A DNA stretch of 50,393 nucleotides, taken from the NCBI GenBank assembly GCA_011109175.1, contig RDEW01000002.1, forward strand, positions 633,459-683,851, given 5' to 3'. Numbering within the stretch: the stretch's first letter is position 1; each line of letters opens with the position of its first letter. Below are positions 49,151 to 50,393 of the stretch, one piece after another. Made by a program: the position numbers and the translations under genes. Under the pieces are notes generated by a model that searched no databases, was not told where the DNA came from, and saw nothing but the letters and a program-made list of their open reading frames with translations. The DNA comes from Dicyema japonicum. Its lineage: Eukaryota > Animalia > Dicyemida.

Positions 49151-49699
49151 TACCTCTAGTGGGGCGAAAACCCCACTCATCATCGAGAAGAAAATTGTTG
49201 TCTTGAAACGTATTTTGATAATCTGTTGAAAATGATTTTTTCCATAATTTTCGATATACTGCATATTAGGCTTATTGGCCAATAATTATCTGGATTTGAA
49301 CTAGCTTTTCCCTTCTTCGGCATGCGGTCTTCGGCCACTGTTCTTCAAATAGACACTAATTCGTTATGCTTCGGCCGCAGTTTTTCAGATAAAAAAATTT
49401 AATTTCCTTTATTTATCTCAAGCGATAAATTAATTTTCAATCTTTATCTAAAAATAAGCGAAGTGTAACCACATAGGGTCGGTACACTCTAGGCAAAAAA
49501 TTTAATTTCCTTTATTTATCTCAAGCGATAAATTAATTTTCAATCTTTATCTAAAAATAAGCGAAGTGTAACCACATAGGGTCGGTACACTCTAGGGTAG
49601 TGACATATTATTTATTATTTAAGCACTTCACAAGAGCCATACTAATTATAGTCCCAATGTGCAGCAAAAGAACCAAGGTTAGATGTCATTTTTTTCCAT

Positions 49700-50270
49700 G
49701 CTCTTCTGTTCCTAACCAAAGCTTTTACGATAGCGGCCTTCTTGACTAACATAGTATGTTTCCATAGATATGTTCTGTGGGGATGTTAATTCTATCCTCA
49801 GCACGTGTCCGAAGAGCTTCCATCGGGATTCCATGCTTCTAAGCTGATAGGTCTAGTGCTGCATTTCTTATATAAAGCATTCCTCGATATTCTCGGAGGC
49901 CAGGTAGTTCCTGTTATATTTCTTAGCTGATTTCTGTGGAACGAGTCTAGTTTTGCCATATCCGCTGACGAGGTCGGTTAATTTCGAGCGTTATATAAAA
50001 GTACGGGTTTTATGAATGAGTCGTATAATAGGATTCTCATTTTCGTGTCGATATCTCTTTGATTGAACCATAGATTCTTCAGTTTATATAACGCAGCATT
50101 GGCTAGAGTTTTTCTGTGTAAAATATCTTCGCTATCTCCTATAAGTGAACCGAGTTTTTTTTTACTCATCCTTCTTATCTCTGTGAGTTCTGTTTACTCT
50201 CTGTTCACAGTAAGAAACCATTTCTCTAGTACACCTGGTGCTTTTTCTAATAGTTTTTCCATAACCTTTT
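49700..50270 (-). mobile_element. RTE-like LINE RT C-terminal remnant
   Basis: KKLGSLIG, LYDSFIKPVLLYN, KLDSFHRNQLR and RWKLFGHVLR. Confidence 0.8.
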
Positions 50271-50393
50271 GTCTTCAGAAATTAGGTCTACGTCGTCCGC
50301 GTAAATCACTTCTTCCGTCTTTCTTTGGTATAACAATCTAAGTTCTCTCATAGCGGCTTCCAAATAAATTGTGAATAGAAGAGGAGAAAGGGA

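Overview
AT-rich eukaryotic scaffold with three N-gaps, read with the standard genetic code and made up mostly of decayed transposable elements. These include Ingi/Vingi-like, RTE-like, R4/Dong-like, CRE-like and Jockey-type non-LTR retrotransposons; Tc1/IS630, pogo/Tigger, hAT and Ginger-like DNA transposons; and a tRNA-headed SINE family. Host genes are a complete squalene synthase (FDFT1, 45788-46949, 355 aa) split by four 21-26 nt GT-AG introns, and five copies of a GT14 (core-2/I-branching beta-1,6-GlcNAc transferase-like) gene with a 22-nt intron, amplified in TE-laden duplicated and inverted blocks. The most notable signals are: (1) virus-like 2A/StopGo motifs (D[VI]ExNPGP) in four different sequence contexts, directly upstream of the endonuclease domain in three LINE families; (2) an unidentified GC-rich cloverleaf-like RNA structure present three times just upstream of an AUG-less 2A-APE ORF; (3) micro-introns at what appear to be vertebrate-conserved positions, suggesting an animal with miniaturised introns such as a dicyemid (inference); (4) a GT14 copy with a GT-AA intron; and (5) many 87-176 nt tandem duplications that may be assembly artefacts. 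TE boundaries are approximate and clade calls come from motif recognition only.
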